A DNA stretch of 64,000 bases from Nitrospirales bacterium (GTDB taxonomy: Bacteria > Nitrospirota > Nitrospiria > Nitrospirales > UBA8639): assembly GCA_965203295.1 (NCBI GenBank), contig CBDBCZ010000019.1, positions 2,080,001 to 2,144,000 on the forward strand, read 5' to 3'. The notes under the pieces are model-generated. The model was not told where the DNA came from, ran no database searches, and saw only the letters and a list, made by a program, of their open reading frames with translations. The translations under genes were made by a program, and so were the position numbers. Below, piece by piece: positions 1-11,742 of the stretch (the first letter of the stretch is position 1; each line of letters begins with the position of its first letter).

Positions 1-290
1 GGCACAGCCTGCTTCCCAACATACACCCGACACCCAGGTTTACTAATCCGGCGAACGCCAGTAATGACTGATTTCTTATCTCGGCCTCCTAGATATCGAA
101 GTTCTACCTTCAGAACAGAATGCCCTTCCACCTTCTCTTCCTGAAAGGAACGGATAAAGCCCTCTGATTGAAACACTTTGAGAATATTCGTCTTGAGTTT
201 TGAGGCCGGGATTGTCGTCATAGCATGACCTCGTTTAGACGCATTCGTAAGACGAATAAGGAGATCGGCGATGGGATCTGTCATGGACAT
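1..290 (-). CDS. rpsH: 30S ribosomal protein S8 (partial, runs off window start)
   Basis: Manual translation from ATG at 290: MSMTDPIADLLIRLTNA...RRISKPGCRVYV; follows rpsN as in the spc operon. Confidence 0.95.
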   Translation of the reverse strand, partial: MSMTDPIADLLIRLTNASKRGHAMTTIPASKLKTNILKVFQSEGFIRSFQEEKVEGHSVLKVELRYLGGRDKKSVITGVRRISKPGCRVYVGKQAV

Positions 291-367
291 AGAATCAATC
301 CTTCTTCCCGAATATCTCTGGTTACGTTGACACTTTCAATGAAACACCGGGCTATCACAGAGGGCTT

Positions 368-553
368 CTACCAACTTGATTTTGTCACTCCCTGGATATC
401 TCCGCGAAGACTCAGCAACCGGAAACAAATTCTGCACATTTCGAACCTTCTTAAAAACCCTCGTACCCGCCCACACAAAGGGCAACGATTATAGCGCCGC
501 ACGGAAAATTTTGGCGTCCTTATGACCTTCAGTTTTAGGGCTTTTCTAGCCAC
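368..553 (-). CDS. rpsN: 30S ribosomal protein S14, short Zn-binding type
   Basis: 61 aa, RCPLCGR...CRICFR, ends KSSW. Confidence 0.97.
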   Translation of the reverse strand: MARKALKLKVIRTPKFSVRRYNRCPLCGRVRGFLRRFEMCRICFRLLSLRGDIQGVTKSSW

Positions 554-575
554 GCAAGCCTCCCCCCATCATTTA

Positions 576-1181
576 TTAATTACCAAAAGGCATACCCAAA
601 TGCGTCAGCAAGGATTTAGCTTCATCGTTCCTTCGCGCACTGGTCACAATCGTAATATCCATACCATGAATGGAGGCCACATCGTCATATTTTATTTCCG
701 GAAAGGTTAACTGTTCCCGTAATCCGAGGGTATAGTTCCCTCTTCCATCAAACGCTTTCGGAGAAACTCCTCGAAAATCACGTATTCGCGGAAGGGCAAT
801 GTTCAGGAGGCGATCAAGAAATTCATACATTCGTTCCCGCCGAAGGGTCACTTTCGTCCCAATGGGCATACCCTCGCGAAGTTTAAATCCTGCAATCGCC
901 TTTTTGGCTTTGGTGACAACCGATTTTTGCCCGGTAATAAGCGCTAGTTCCGTTACAGCGCTATCCAGCAGTTTCATATTTTGAATAGCTGCTCCCATTC
1001 CCACATTTAAGACGACCTGTTCCAATTTCGGAACTTGCATGCGGTTTTGATAAGAGAATTCTTTCATCATTCGAGGAACGACTTCTTCTTGATAGAGAAC
1101 TTTTAAGCGAGAAGATGGACCTGTCCTTGACTTGGCAGGTGAGGTTTCAACCTTTTTTGATCCCTTAGATTTATTTCCCAT
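576..1181 (-). CDS. rplE: 50S ribosomal protein L5 with N-terminal extension
   Basis: [29 protein letters not shown] motifs. Confidence 0.97.
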   Translation of the reverse strand: MGNKSKGSKKVETSPAKSRTGPSSRLKVLYQEEVVPRMMKEFSYQNRMQVPKLEQVVLNVGMGAAIQNMKLLDSAVTELALITGQKSVVTKAKKAIAGFKLREGMPIGTKVTLRRERMYEFLDRLLNIALPRIRDFRGVSPKAFDGRGNYTLGLREQLTFPEIKYDDVASIHGMDITIVTSARRNDEAKSLLTHLGMPFGN

Positions 1182-1528
1182 TAGGCTTTATCCAAAACTT
1201 CATCAGGATTCTTTTTCAGAACGCGGACTTTTTGACCACCCTCCAGGAATCTAAAAGTCACTCGAGACGGGCGCTGAAGCGCTTCGGAATAGACCATGAC
1301 ATTAGAAAGCGCGATAGGCCCTTCTTTTTCCAAAATTCCACCCTGACGATTTTTTTGCGTGGGCTTGGTGTGTCGTTTAATAATGTTCAATTTTTCTATG
1401 GTGACATGCCCATCATTCGGTCGAGCTAATAAAACTTTACCAACCTTGCCTCGTTCTCGACCAGCAATCACCATGACGGTGTCACTTTTTTTGATCTTTG
1501 ATTTCTTATTACCCACGCCAAGACTCAT
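1181..1528 (-). CDS. rplX: 50S ribosomal protein L24
   Basis: KOW motif [27 protein letters not shown]; operon position. Confidence 0.96.
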   Translation of the reverse strand: MSLGVGNKKSKIKKSDTVMVIAGRERGKVGKVLLARPNDGHVTIEKLNIIKRHTKPTQKNRQGGILEKEGPIALSNVMVYSEALQRPSRVTFRFLEGGQKVRVLKKNPDEVLDKA

Positions 1529-1554
1529 TTAAAAGTTGACTTCCTTCGCTCAGT

Positions 1555-1923
1555 CTATATGACTTCCGGAGCCAGAGAGACTATCTTCATGTACTTTTTC
1601 TTTCGCAATTCTCGAGCCACCGGACCAAAAATTCGAGTACCCAACGGGTCACCCTGGTTGTTCACCAATACACAGGCATTACGATCAAACCGGATATAGG
1701 AACCATCCTCTCGTCGACAACTCTTTTGGGTTCGAACGATGACAGCCTTTACCACATCGCCTTTCTTGACTGAAGCCTTGGGAATAGCCTCCTTTACAGA
1801 CACGACCACAAGGTCCCCCAACCCCCCATACCTTCGCCTTGTTCCACCTAGGACATGGAAGCATCGCACACTTTTGGCTCCAGAATTATCAGCTACATCC
1901 AAATAGCTATAGTTTTGGATCAT
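1555..1923 (-). CDS. rplN: 50S ribosomal protein L14
   Basis: MIQ...[27 protein letters not shown]. Confidence 0.98.
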   Translation of the reverse strand: MIQNYSYLDVADNSGAKSVRCFHVLGGTRRRYGGLGDLVVVSVKEAIPKASVKKGDVVKAVIVRTQKSCRREDGSYIRFDRNACVLVNNQGDPLGTRIFGPVARELRKKKYMKIVSLAPEVI

Positions 1924-2042
1924 AGATCAGTACCATTCCAATTATCAGGACCTGCTTCATTTTTTTCAAGTAACTCAAAATCTCGAGAGACACATTGGCA
2001 GGAAAGACTCCAAAAAGTACGGCTCCCTTCAAACAAAGACAG

Positions 2043-2321
2043 CTAGCCCTCTACCTGCGCACGCTCACCTCTTTCTATAATCTCTGCTACTTTCCAATGT
2101 TTGTCTTTACTTAAAGGCCGCGTGTGCACAATTCTGACCCAGTCACCAATTCGAGATGCATTGCTTTCATCATGTGCCTTGAATTTAGAAACCCGCCGCA
2201 CAATTTTTCTGTACAAAGGATGGGGAACCAGACGAGTAACAGCCACAACGACCGTTTTATCCATCTTATCACTTAAAACTTTTCCAAAAGATTCCTTAGG
2301 TTTGTTGCGGAGGTTTACCAT
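2043..2321 (-). CDS. rpsQ: 30S ribosomal protein S17
   Basis: [23 protein letters not shown]. Confidence 0.97.
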   Translation of the reverse strand: MVNLRNKPKESFGKVLSDKMDKTVVVAVTRLVPHPLYRKIVRRVSKFKAHDESNASRIGDWVRIVHTRPLSKDKHWKVAEIIERGERAQVEG

Positions 2322-2348
2322 AATACCAGTAAGTTACCCTTTCACGCT

Positions 2349-2546
2349 TTAGACAATTCTTGGGTCTTGGGCCCGAAGAACTGTTTTTACTCTGGCAATC
2401 TCATGTCGAACCTCACGAATCCGCATGGGATTTTCAATCCGACCCATCGCTAATTGACACCGAAGATGAAAAAGTTCCTGCTTTAATTGATGAGCTTTTT
2501 CTTGTAATTCCTGCGGCTCAAGTGTCCGTATTTCTTTGATGCCCAT
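2349..2546 (-). CDS. rpmC: 50S ribosomal protein L29
   Basis: ELFHLR...[13 protein letters not shown]; between rplP and rpsQ. Confidence 0.95.
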   Translation of the reverse strand: MGIKEIRTLEPQELQEKAHQLKQELFHLRCQLAMGRIENPMRIREVRHEIARVKTVLRAQDPRIV

Positions 2547-2559
2547 TTAATCTCGTCTC

Positions 2560-2979
2560 CTAAACAGGCAATTCCCCGCGTACGACAAATTTCGTAGCCA
2601 AGGGAAGTTTGTACCCAGCCAGCCGAAAGGCTTCTTCAGCCACCGTGCGAGTGACATCATCCATTTCATAGAGGATTCGCCCAGGCTTGACGACAGCAAC
2701 CCAAAATTCCGGACTTCCTTTTCCTTTTCCCATTCTGACTTCGGCCGGCTTTTTCGTCACAGGTTTGTCAGGAAAAATTCTGGTCCAAATTCGTCCACCA
2801 CGCTTGACATGGCGTGTCATGGCAATTCGAGCAGCTTCAATCTGCCTTGCCGTAATTCGACCAGGCTCAAGGACTTTGAGCCCAAACTGCCCGAAGCTTA
2901 TTTCTCCGCCGCGATAGGCCTTCCCACGCATATGCCCTTTTTGAACTTTTCGATATTTCACCTTCTTGGGAGCAAGCAT
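2560..2979 (-). CDS. rplP: 50S ribosomal protein L16
   Basis: [18 protein letters not shown]. Confidence 0.98.
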   Translation of the reverse strand: MLAPKKVKYRKVQKGHMRGKAYRGGEISFGQFGLKVLEPGRITARQIEAARIAMTRHVKRGGRIWTRIFPDKPVTKKPAEVRMGKGKGSPEFWVAVVKPGRILYEMDDVTRTVAEEAFRLAGYKLPLATKFVVRGELPV

Positions 2980-3041
2980 GCAATTACCTACTAAGATTTT
3001 TCAAAGGTGGACAAAAAAGCGTCACTTCCTCACCACTCAAC

Positions 3042-3707
3042 CTATAATAAAGTCAGGTGAACTTCTGGCTTTTTCATTCCAGGAATTTCAGCTTCACCCT
3101 TATATATCCAGGCTTTCACACCAATCTGACCCATTGTGGTATGGGCTTCGGCAAAACCATACTCAACATCCGCTCGAAGAGTATGGAGGGGCACTCGCCC
3201 TTCCCGATACCATTCCGTCCTCGCAATCTCATTTCCGCCTAAACGACCCGCGCATGACACCCTGATACCCTGAGCCCCTAAACGCAAAGCTGCCGCAACA
3301 CTGCGTTTCATCGCCCTCCTAAAAGCCACACGTTTTTGCAACTGGAGCGCAATATTTTCAGCCACTAATTGAGCATCCAACTCGGGCTTCTTAATTTCTT
3401 TAACGGTGACATACACTTCGCGTTCGTATTTCTGTTCCAAATTTCCCTTCAATTTATCAACTTCAGCGCCCTTCCGTCCAATAATAATCCCCGGTCTAGC
3501 CGTATGAATAATGACTTTCACTTGGTTTCCAGACCGCTCAATTTCTACTCGTGAAATACCTGCATGAAACAGACTGGATTTCACAATTTTTCGAATTTCT
3601 ACATCCTCACGAAGAAGCTTCACATAATCTTTCTTGGAGTACCATCGAGAATTCCAGGTTCGGGTATAACCCAATCGAAATCCAAATGGATGAGTTTTTT
3701 GACCCAT
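3042..3707 (-). CDS. rpsC: 30S ribosomal protein S3
   Basis: [32 protein letters not shown]. Confidence 0.98.
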   Translation of the reverse strand: MGQKTHPFGFRLGYTRTWNSRWYSKKDYVKLLREDVEIRKIVKSSLFHAGISRVEIERSGNQVKVIIHTARPGIIIGRKGAEVDKLKGNLEQKYEREVYVTVKEIKKPELDAQLVAENIALQLQKRVAFRRAMKRSVAAALRLGAQGIRVSCAGRLGGNEIARTEWYREGRVPLHTLRADVEYGFAEAHTTMGQIGVKAWIYKGEAEIPGMKKPEVHLTLL

Positions 3708-3782
3708 AACCTTTTACAATACCTCCTTACTAGATTTCCTTCGACTCAAAGAAAAAATAACAAATTCTTCCAGAAGCTGATC

Positions 3783-4130
3783 TTATGCTGTGGTCTCACG
3801 AGGCCCGACAACAATCGTAATATGGCTTGTTCGTTTGTGAATGGGGTTTGCCCGCCCCATGGACCGAGCACGGAAACGACGAAACGTAGGCCCTCCATCC
3901 ACAAAAGCTTTAACAACGATCAGAGAATCTGCATCACCTAACTCTTTTTGACCTGCATTCGCCACAGCCGACTTTAGCAACTGCTGTACCACAATTGAAG
4001 CGGAACGAGGGAGGTACTTCAGAATAGTAAAGGCTGCAGGAACCTCGCGGCCTCGAATCAGGTCTACCACCAACCTCGCTTTTCTCGGGGTCATTCGTAC
4101 GTATCGAAGAATTGCCTTTGCCTCAGCCAT
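3783..4130 (-). CDS. rplV: 50S ribosomal protein L22
   Basis: PRKARLVVDLIRG, KRTSHITIVV. Confidence 0.98.
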   Translation of the reverse strand: MAEAKAILRYVRMTPRKARLVVDLIRGREVPAAFTILKYLPRSASIVVQQLLKSAVANAGQKELGDADSLIVVKAFVDGGPTFRRFRARSMGRANPIHKRTSHITIVVGPRETTA

Positions 4131-4211
4131 TTCTATACTTTCCTATCCAGTTCTATCCCTTCACACCAGCATTCAATTCATGTATCAAAATTATCGAGAT
4201 AGGGAGGCGTC

Positions 4212-4499
4212 CTATTTTAATGCCACCGCCTTTTCAGTCTTGGCTTGCCCATGTCCCTTAAAAAATCTGGTTGGGGCAAACTCCCCCAATTTGTGTCCTA
4301 CTATGTTTTCCGTGATGTAGACTGGAATAAATTTTTTCCCATTGTGTACGGCAAAGGTATGCCCAATCATATCCGGGATGATGGTTGACCTGCGCGACCA
4401 GGTCTTGATCATTTTATGATCTCTGGACTCATTCATTTTCTCCACCTTTTTTAAAAGATGGTCATCAACAAATGGCCCCTTTCCAACTGATCGTGGCAT
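4212..4499 (-). CDS. rpsS: 30S ribosomal protein S19
   Basis: Start reset to ATG 4499 ([12 protein letters not shown]) after [20 protein letters not shown]. Confidence 0.97.
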   Translation of the reverse strand: MPRSVGKGPFVDDHLLKKVEKMNESRDHKMIKTWSRRSTIIPDMIGHTFAVHNGKKFIPVYITENIVGHKLGEFAPTRFFKGHGQAKTEKAVALK

Positions 4500-4515
4500 A
4501 GCTCCTCCTAAACCT

Positions 4516-5346
4516 TTACTTTGAACGACGAGATATAATGAAATTTGAGGAAGCTTTCTTCTTCTTTCGTGTCTTAAAGCCTTTAGTGGGCAGTCCCCAA
4601 GGAGACACAGGATGAGGATTACCCTGTCCGGATTTTCCTTCACCTCCACCGTGGGGATGATCCACCGGATTCATGACCACACCTCGTACATGTGGGCGTC
4701 GCCCCAACCACCTTGAACGACCAGCTTTACCAATTGAGAGGTTCTCATGGTCAAGATTACCAACCTGACCGACACTAGCCATGCAACTCCCAAGGATACG
4801 CCTCATTTCACCTGAAGTGAGACGAACCTGAATATATTTCCCTTCTCGCCCCATGACCTGAGCAGCTCCACCAGCACTTCTCACAAGTTGTGCCCCTTTC
4901 CCCGGTTTCAATTCAATGTTATGCACAGTGGTCCCTAAGGGCATTGCCTCCAACGACAACGCATTCCCAGGACGAATCTCTGCTCCTGGCCCAGATTCGA
5001 CAATGTCTCCAAGCTCCAGACCGACCGGCGCAAGAATGTATCTTTTTTCTCCATCCCTATAGTAGAGGAGAGCAATCCTTGCAGAGCGGTTCGGATCATA
5101 CTCGATGCGTGCTACTTTTGCAGGGACACCGCGTTTGTCTCGCTTAAAGTCGATCAGACGGTACAATCGTTTATGCCCACCACCCCTAAAACGAACCGTC
5201 ACTCGTCCATGATTATTTCGTCCGCCAGCAGGAGATCGAAACTCCGTCAACCATTTTTCCGGGCGACCTTCATACAACTTTTCCCCTAATATCCTAGTCA
5301 TTCCTCGTCGACCAGGAGAGGTGGGCCTATAGGGTTTTACCGCCAT
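4516..5346 (-). CDS. rplB: 50S ribosomal protein L2
   Basis: [22 protein letters not shown]. Confidence 0.99.
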   Translation of the reverse strand: MAVKPYRPTSPGRRGMTRILGEKLYEGRPEKWLTEFRSPAGGRNNHGRVTVRFRGGGHKRLYRLIDFKRDKRGVPAKVARIEYDPNRSARIALLYYRDGEKRYILAPVGLELGDIVESGPGAEIRPGNALSLEAMPLGTTVHNIELKPGKGAQLVRSAGGAAQVMGREGKYIQVRLTSGEMRRILGSCMASVGQVGNLDHENLSIGKAGRSRWLGRRPHVRGVVMNPVDHPHGGGEGKSGQGNPHPVSPWGLPTKGFKTRKKKKASSNFIISRRSK

Positions 5347-5378
5347 TTTTTCCCTCAGTTTGATTCCAATTGAGCACG

Positions 5379-5678
5379 TTAGGCACTCTCGTACAATTCG
5401 ACTTTTTCACCTTCCCGTAAGGTCACGATAGCCTTCTTCCAATCTGGCCTCTTCCCCACGAAACGCCCCTGACGCTTTTTCTTACCCAACACATTCATGA
5501 CATGAACTGACTTCACTTTAACCTTCAACGCCGATTCGACCGCCCGGCCAATCTCAATACTGTTGGCATCAGACTTCACAACAAAGGCAACCCTATTGGC
5601 CTGATCACGCAACGCGGTAATTTTTTCGGTGAGGAGGGGTTTAATCAGAACATCAAAGGGATCTCGTTTTATCCCCAT
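5379..5678 (-). CDS. rplW: 50S ribosomal protein L23
   Basis: [14 protein letters not shown]. Confidence 0.96.
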   Translation of the reverse strand: MGIKRDPFDVLIKPLLTEKITALRDQANRVAFVVKSDANSIEIGRAVESALKVKVKSVHVMNVLGKKKRQGRFVGKRPDWKKAIVTLREGEKVELYESA

Positions 5679-6292
5679 AACTCTTCCACTTTAGCCATTT
5701 CTTCCTCTAATACGAGAACAACATTGTAACGGAGAACATCATAGACATTGAGTCCAGCCGGGCTCGTCATTTTAATATTGGCGATATTTTTTCCAGCCCG
5801 CATCAGGTCGCCAGAACCCTCTCCCACGACAATGAGGGCCTTCGCACCAACCCCCAAATTCTTTAGGATATTCTGAACATGGCGAGCCTTAGGCTCTGGA
5901 ATAGAAAAGTCCGAAATCACCTTAAATTCCCAAGAGGATATCTTTCCTGACAAAGCAGCTTGCATGGCAGCCCGATACATCCTTTTGGGCATAGAAAAAC
6001 CATACTCTCTCGGCTGTGGACCAAACACTATCCCGCCGTGCCGCCAAATAGGAGAACGGTTCGATCCAGCCCTGGCTCGACCTGTATGCTTTTGCTTCCA
6101 CGGTTTTCGCCCTGTTCCGCTAACTTCACCGCGGCCCTTAGTAGAGGCCGTCCCCTGTCTGGAGGCGGCTCGTTGCATGACAACCGCAGAATGAACAAGA
6201 GCCTGACCAGAGTCAGCGCTGAAGAGATCACTCTTGACCTCCAACGACTTGACCACGTCTCCCTGTCGGTTGATTACCTCAAGCGTCAACAT
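5669..6292 (-). CDS. rplD: 50S ribosomal protein L4
   Basis: KPWKQKHTGRARAGS, GGIVFGP. Confidence 0.97.
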   Translation of the reverse strand: MLTLEVINRQGDVVKSLEVKSDLFSADSGQALVHSAVVMQRAASRQGTASTKGRGEVSGTGRKPWKQKHTGRARAGSNRSPIWRHGGIVFGPQPREYGFSMPKRMYRAAMQAALSGKISSWEFKVISDFSIPEPKARHVQNILKNLGVGAKALIVVGEGSGDLMRAGKNIANIKMTSPAGLNVYDVLRYNVVLVLEEEMAKVEELWG

Positions 6293-6297
6293 CGAAA

Positions 6298-6921
6298 TTA
6301 TCTCTGACTCGCCTTCTGGATCACCACAAGCCCACCATTGGGTCCAGGCACACCACCAGACACCAGCAACAAATTTTCCTCAGGTCGAACATCAACGACC
6401 TTGAGCCCCTTCACAGTTACCCGCTCACTCCCCATATGGCCAGGGAGTGCCTTATTTTTCAACACCCTCGAGGGATATGAACTGCTCCCAATCGATCCAG
6501 GCGCCCGATGGAACATTGATCCATGAGAAGCAGGCCCACCACCATAGTTATGTCGTTTCATAACTCCCTGAAACCCCTTGCCCTTCGATTGCCCCTGAAC
6601 ATCAATACAGTCTCCCCTCTCAAAAACATCCGCCTTCAGGATATCTCCAACCTGGCACTCAACCGGCCCAAGAAATTCTCTAAGAATTTTCCATAAGCGA
6701 GTTTGTCCCGACCGAAGATGCCCTATCACGGCCTTAGTCAATTTTCGCTCGGCAACTTCACAAAATCCCATCTGGACTGCATCATATCCATGCTGATCCC
6801 GCTTTCTGATTGCGGTGACACCACAAGGGCCAACCTCCAGGACAGTAACAGGGATTAACCGCCGCTGCTCATCGTAAACCTGAGTCATTCCTAATTTTTT
6901 TCCCATTAACCCACGAATCAT
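6298..6921 (-). CDS. rplC: 50S ribosomal protein L3
   Basis: GKKLGMTQ, KGKGFQGVMKRH, HRAPGSIG. Confidence 0.98.
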   Translation of the reverse strand: MIRGLMGKKLGMTQVYDEQRRLIPVTVLEVGPCGVTAIRKRDQHGYDAVQMGFCEVAERKLTKAVIGHLRSGQTRLWKILREFLGPVECQVGDILKADVFERGDCIDVQGQSKGKGFQGVMKRHNYGGGPASHGSMFHRAPGSIGSSSYPSRVLKNKALPGHMGSERVTVKGLKVVDVRPEENLLLVSGGVPGPNGGLVVIQKASQR

Positions 6922-6936
6922 AAAGACTCAATCCCT

Positions 6937-7248
6937 TTAAAGCTTAATCTCAACATCAACCCCTGCAGCCAAGTTCAATTTCATAAGAGCATCCATCGTT
7001 TCAGGAGTAGGCTCCATAATGTCTAAGAGTCTCTTATGGGTACGTATTTCAAATTGCTCACGTGATTTTTTATCTGAATGAGTCGATCGTTGAACGGTGA
7101 ATTTTTCAATCCTGGTAGGTAAGGGAATAGGGCCAGCAACACTGGCTCCAGTCTGCCTGACTGTATCGACGATTTCTCGAGCAGACTGGTCCAACACCCG
7201 ATAATCAAAGCCTTTCAGTCGAATCCGAATCCGCTGGTCCATACTCAT
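6937..7248 (-). CDS. rpsJ: 30S ribosomal protein S10
   Basis: [33 protein letters not shown]. Confidence 0.98.
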   Translation of the reverse strand: MSMDQRIRIRLKGFDYRVLDQSAREIVDTVRQTGASVAGPIPLPTRIEKFTVQRSTHSDKKSREQFEIRTHKRLLDIMEPTPETMDALMKLNLAAGVDVEIKL

Positions 7249-8481
7249 CGTCTCACGCTCTCCGGCTATCCCAGAATCTCCGTCACCACGCCCGCGCCCA
7301 CCGTCCGGCCGCCCTCACGCACCGCAAACCGTAACCCTTGCTCCATCGCAATCGGCGAGATCAACTCCCCACTCACCGTCACATTATCCCCCGGCATCAC
7401 CATCTCCACCCCCGCATCCAACTGCACCACCCCCGTCACATCCGTCGTCCGAAAATAAAACTGGGGCCGATACCCGTTAAAAAACGGCGTGTGCCGCCCC
7501 CCTTCTTCCTTCGTCAGCACATACACTTCGCCCAGAAACTTCGTGTGCGGCGTGATCGACTTCGGCTTCGCTAACACCATCCCCCGCTCCACGTCATCTT
7601 TCTTCGTCCCCCGCAACAACGCTCCGATATTATCTCCCGCTTGCCCTTCATCCAACACTTTCCGAAACATCTCCACCCCCGTCACCACCGTCGTCTGCGT
7701 GTCCCGCAACCCCACAATCTCGATTTCATCGCCCACCTTCACTTGCCCGCGCTCGACGCGCCCCGTCACCACCGTACCCCGCCCACTGATCGTGAACACA
7801 TCTTCAATCGGCATCAAAAACGGCTTCTCGATCGCTCGCTGCGGCGTCGGCACATACGTATCGACCGCCTCTAACAACTTCAGAATCGACGGCACGCCCA
7901 CCTCGCTTTGATCCCCTTCGATCGCTTTGGTCGCTGACCCCACAATAATCGGAATCTCATCCCCCGGAAATTGATATTTCGTCAGCAATTCCCGCACTTC
8001 TAATTCCACCAACTCCAAGAGTTCCTTATCTTCGACTTTATCCGCCTTGTTGAGAAAGACCACAATGTAAGGCACCCCCACCTGTCGCGCCAACAAGATA
8101 TGTTCCCGGGTCTGGGGCATCGGCCCATCGGCCGCTGAGACCACCAAAATGGCCCCATCCATCTGCGCGGCCCCCGTGATCATGTTTTTCACATAATCGG
8201 CATGCCCCGGACAGTCCACATGCGCATAGTGCCGATTCTCTGTCTCATATTCCACGTGCGATATGGCGATCGTCAAAATCTTCGTGGCGTCCCGGCGCCC
8301 TTGCGATTCACTCGCTTTGGCCACTTCATCATAGGAGATAAATTTCGCCATCCCCTTCTCTCCCATGACCTTCGTCAACGCTGACGTTAACGTCGTCTTC
8401 CCATGGTCCACGTGCCCGATCGTCCCCACATTTAAATGCGGCTTCCGCCGCTCAAATTTCGACTTCGCCATCCTCCCCTCC
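7191..8481. repeat. 1291-bp direct repeat, copy 1 (tuf plus 5' end of rpsJ)
   Basis: Reads identical by eye to 23771..25061 (offset 16580); flanks differ at 7190/23770 and 8482/25062. Confidence 0.93.
7266..8471 (-). CDS. tuf: Elongation factor Tu (str-operon copy)
   Basis: [30 protein letters not shown]. Confidence 0.99.
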   Translation of the reverse strand: MAKSKFERRKPHLNVGTIGHVDHGKTTLTSALTKVMGEKGMAKFISYDEVAKASESQGRRDATKILTIAISHVEYETENRHYAHVDCPGHADYVKNMITGAAQMDGAILVVSAADGPMPQTREHILLARQVGVPYIVVFLNKADKVEDKELLELVELEVRELLTKYQFPGDEIPIIVGSATKAIEGDQSEVGVPSILKLLEAVDTYVPTPQRAIEKPFLMPIEDVFTISGRGTVVTGRVERGQVKVGDEIEIVGLRDTQTTVVTGVEMFRKVLDEGQAGDNIGALLRGTKKDDVERGMVLAKPKSITPHTKFLGEVYVLTKEEGGRHTPFFNGYRPQFYFRTTDVTGVVQLDAGVEMVMPGDNVTVSGELISPIAMEQGLRFAVREGGRTVGAGVVTEILG

Positions 8482-8557
8482 CCTTACGAACGCTCCATTC
8501 AACATGTAACATTTGACAGGCGGAGCAAGTTTTCCCAACCGTCTTTCTCAGCAGGTC

Positions 8558-10651
8558 TCATGCAGGCGTTCCAGCTCCCATATTCTTTGCAACGATCTGC
8601 TGGGAAATTTGCTTCGGAACGACGTCATAGTAATCAAATTCCATACTATAAGTGGCCCGTCCCTGTGTTCGTGAGCGCAAACCCGTTGCATAACCAAACA
8701 TCTCACTTAGGGGCACAGCTGCCTCCACAGCCTGTGAACTCGCTCGTGCTTTAATACCATGGACTTTTCCCCGACGAGAATTGAGGTCCCCAATCACATC
8801 ACCCATAAAATCCTGGGGAACCAGCACTTCAACTTTCATAAGGGGTTCCAATAAAACAGGATCGGCCTTCTTACAAGCTTCCTCAAACGCCATAGACCCA
8901 GCAATTTTAAAGGCCATTTCACTAGAATCAACTTCGTGAAACGACCCATCAAAGAGAACAACCTGAATATCCCTAGACGGGAAGCCCGCCAACACACCGG
9001 ACTCCATCCGTTCCTTTACGCCTTTTTCAATGGCTGGAATGTACTCCCTGGGAATAACTCCCCCAACAATCTTATTGATGAACTCCAAGCCAAGCCCTGG
9101 CTCTGACGGCTGCACCTTGATGACCACATGCCCATATTGCCCGCGCCCACCGGATTGCTTGATATATTTTCCCTCAGCTTGAGCTTTTCCACGGATCGTT
9201 TCCCGATAAGCCACCTCAGGCTTCCCGACATTGGCCTGGACCTTAAATTCTCGAAGAAGGCGATCAACGATGATTTCAAGGTGCAATTCGCCCATGCCAG
9301 AAATAATTGTCTGGCCAGTATCCTCGTCACTCCTGACATGAAAGGAAGGGTCTTCCTGAGACAGCTTTTCCAGCGAATAGCCAAGCTTTTCTAAGTCCTG
9401 CTTTGTTTTAGGCTCCACCGCCATGGAAATAACTGGCTCAGGGAATTTGATAACCTCCAGGAGGATAGGAGATTCTTCCGCAGAAAGAGTATCCCCAGTT
9501 CGAGCACCCTTCAGACCTACCGCGGCGGCGATATCCCCTGAATAAACCACATCAATGTCTTCGCGTTTGTTGGCATGCATTTTAAGGAGACGGCCAATTC
9601 GCTCTCGCTTGCCCTGCGTGACATTGTACACATAGGAGCCAGTTTCAAGCTTTCCTGAATACACACGAAAATAGGTCAATTGCCCAGCAAATGGATCCGA
9701 CATGATTTTAAAAGCGAGGGCAGCAAACGGCTCTTCATCACTGGTCTTTCTACTCACTTCCAACCCAGTATCTGGATGAACTCCGATAATCTCAGGAACA
9801 TCAACAGGCGCTGGAAGATAATCAACCACCGCATCAAGCAAGGGCTGAACCCCCTTATTTTTGAAGGCAGACCCACACACAACAGGGGTAATCTTCATCA
9901 TATTGGTGCCAATGCGAATCGCACGCTTAATCTCATCAACTTCCAGCAATTCTCCATCCAAATACCGTTCAAGAACTCTTTCATCAAATTCGGCAACCGC
10001 CTCTAGCATTTTCTCACGATAGTCTTGAGCCATAGAGAGGCATTCAGGTGGAATTTCTTCTGTTAAATACTCGGCTCCCAAATTATCATTATCGTATACG
10101 TAGGCCTTCATGGTGACTAGATCCAGGACTCCACGGAAGCCATCCTCTTTCCCAAGAGGTAATTGTATTGTGACAGGATTGGCGCCCAAGCGATCAATCA
10201 TAGACTGGACACTTGCAGAAAAGTCCGCTCCCAGCCTATCCATTTTATTCAGAAAGGCGATTCGGGGAACACGATATTTATCCGCTTGCCGCCATACCGT
10301 TTCTGACTGAGGCTCAACACCCTGGACAGAATCAAACGCCGCCACTGCACCATCAAGCACACGAAGGGACCGCTCAACCTCTACAGTAAAATCTACATGG
10401 CCCGGCGTATCAATAATATTAATTCGGTGATCATTCCAAAAACAGGTCGTGGCAGCTGATGTGATCGTAATACCTCGCTCTCTTTCCTGTTCCATCCAAT
10501 CCATTTGAGCCGCCCCATCATGCACTTCTCCAATTCTGTGAGACACTCCCGTATAAAAAAGGATCCGTTCAGTCGTCGTCGTCTTTCCGGCATCGATGTG
10601 CGCCATAATGCCGATATTTCTGGTACGCTCAAGTGGGTAATCTCGAACCAA
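8558..10651 (-). CDS. fusA: Elongation factor G
   Basis: [22 protein letters not shown]; probable TTG start at 10651 after AGAGGGG (ORF track gives 10672). Confidence 0.98.
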   Translation of the reverse strand: MVRDYPLERTRNIGIMAHIDAGKTTTTERILFYTGVSHRIGEVHDGAAQMDWMEQERERGITITSAATTCFWNDHRINIIDTPGHVDFTVEVERSLRVLDGAVAAFDSVQGVEPQSETVWRQADKYRVPRIAFLNKMDRLGADFSASVQSMIDRLGANPVTIQLPLGKEDGFRGVLDLVTMKAYVYDNDNLGAEYLTEEIPPECLSMAQDYREKMLEAVAEFDERVLERYLDGELLEVDEIKRAIRIGTNMMKITPVVCGSAFKNKGVQPLLDAVVDYLPAPVDVPEIIGVHPDTGLEVSRKTSDEEPFAALAFKIMSDPFAGQLTYFRVYSGKLETGSYVYNVTQGKRERIGRLLKMHANKREDIDVVYSGDIAAAVGLKGARTGDTLSAEESPILLEVIKFPEPVISMAVEPKTKQDLEKLGYSLEKLSQEDPSFHVRSDEDTGQTIISGMGELHLEIIVDRLLREFKVQANVGKPEVAYRETIRGKAQAEGKYIKQSGGRGQYGHVVIKVQPSEPGLGLEFINKIVGGVIPREYIPAIEKGVKERMESGVLAGFPSRDIQVVLFDGSFHEVDSSEMAFKIAGSMAFEEACKKADPVLLEPLMKVEVLVPQDFMGDVIGDLNSRRGKVHGIKARASSQAVEAAVPLSEMFGYATGLRSRTQGRATYSMEFDYYDVVPKQISQQIVAKNMGAGTPA

Positions 10652-10766
10652 TGTATTCCCCTCTACACACAAAGATGCTGCAGTAGCACCTCTTACTTCC
10701 TCACAATTCGGAGGAAAGCCCTGCGAAGTTCGCAGGAGGCCCGACTACAGCATTAAGAAAAAACTT

Positions 10767-11237
10767 TTACCACCGATAGTGAGCAAACGCCCGATTGGCT
10801 TCAGCCATGCGGTGAGTCTCATCCCGTTTTTTTACAGCGGCGCCAGTATTGTTCGCTGCATCAAGCAGCTCTCCAGCCAACCGCTCTCGCATGCTTTTTC
10901 CTACACGTTTCCTGGCACTTTCCTCGATCCAACGAAAGGCTAGCGCCACTTGCCGAACCCCGCGAATCTCCATAGGCACCTGGTAGGAGGCACCACCAAC
11001 TCGACGAGACTTGACTTCCACCATTGGCTTCACATTAGCCAAAGCAGAATGGAAAATTTTTAACGGGTCATCTCCCGTTTTAGTATGAATGAGGTCAAAC
11101 GCGCCATAACAGACACTTTGCGCAGTGCTCTTTTTCCCCTTCGTCATGAGTATGTTGATAAACTTCCCCACTAAAGGATCGCCACAACGTGGGTCAGGAG
11201 CAACGTGTCTTTGACTCGCACTTGAACCTCTCGACAT
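10767..11237 (-). CDS. rpsG: 30S ribosomal protein S7
   Basis: [26 protein letters not shown]. Confidence 0.98.
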   Translation of the reverse strand: MSRGSSASQRHVAPDPRCGDPLVGKFINILMTKGKKSTAQSVCYGAFDLIHTKTGDDPLKIFHSALANVKPMVEVKSRRVGGASYQVPMEIRGVRQVALAFRWIEESARKRVGKSMRERLAGELLDAANNTGAAVKKRDETHRMAEANRAFAHYRW

Positions 11238-11286
11238 CTAATAAAACCCCTGATGAAAACCTCAATAATTGATGGCTGATAATTCT

Positions 11287-11658
11287 CTACTTGGGACGCT
11301 TGGTGCCATATTTGGACCGACCCTGCTTTCGATTGGCCACACCAACCGCATCTAATGCCCCCCTTACCATGTGGTAACGAACACCTGGCAAGTCTTTAAC
11401 CCTACCACCACGCACCAATACAATAGAATGCTCTTGAAGATTGTGACCCATTCCAGGAATGTAAGTGGTCACTTCAACGCCAGTCGTCAACCGAACACGG
11501 GCCACTTTTCGAAGAGCAGAATTTGGCTTTTTAGGAGTTGTGGTGTATACCCTCAGACAAACACCTCTTCGCTGTGGGCAACGGTTCAACGCCGCGCTTT
11601 TACTCTTGGTTTTTGTGGTCTCGCGACCCTTGCGAACTAATTGATTAACAGTGGGCAT
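11287..11658 (-). CDS. rpsL: 30S ribosomal protein S12
   Basis: [29 protein letters not shown]. Confidence 0.99.
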   Translation of the reverse strand: MPTVNQLVRKGRETTKTKSKSAALNRCPQRRGVCLRVYTTTPKKPNSALRKVARVRLTTGVEVTTYIPGMGHNLQEHSIVLVRGGRVKDLPGVRYHMVRGALDAVGVANRKQGRSKYGTKRPK

Positions 11659-11704
11659 TCCCAAATTTCTCCAATTTCTTCAAAGTACCACGGAAAAACG
11701 ATGA

Positions 11705-11733
11705 ATTATAGAGACCGAGAAAAAACCTGTCAA
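11705..11733 (-). promoter_or_regulatory. Sigma70 promoter of the str operon
   Basis: Perfect consensus TTGACA-17 bp-TATAAT on the minus strand, upstream of rpsL. Confidence 0.85.
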
Positions 11734-11742
11734 GGTTCGCAG

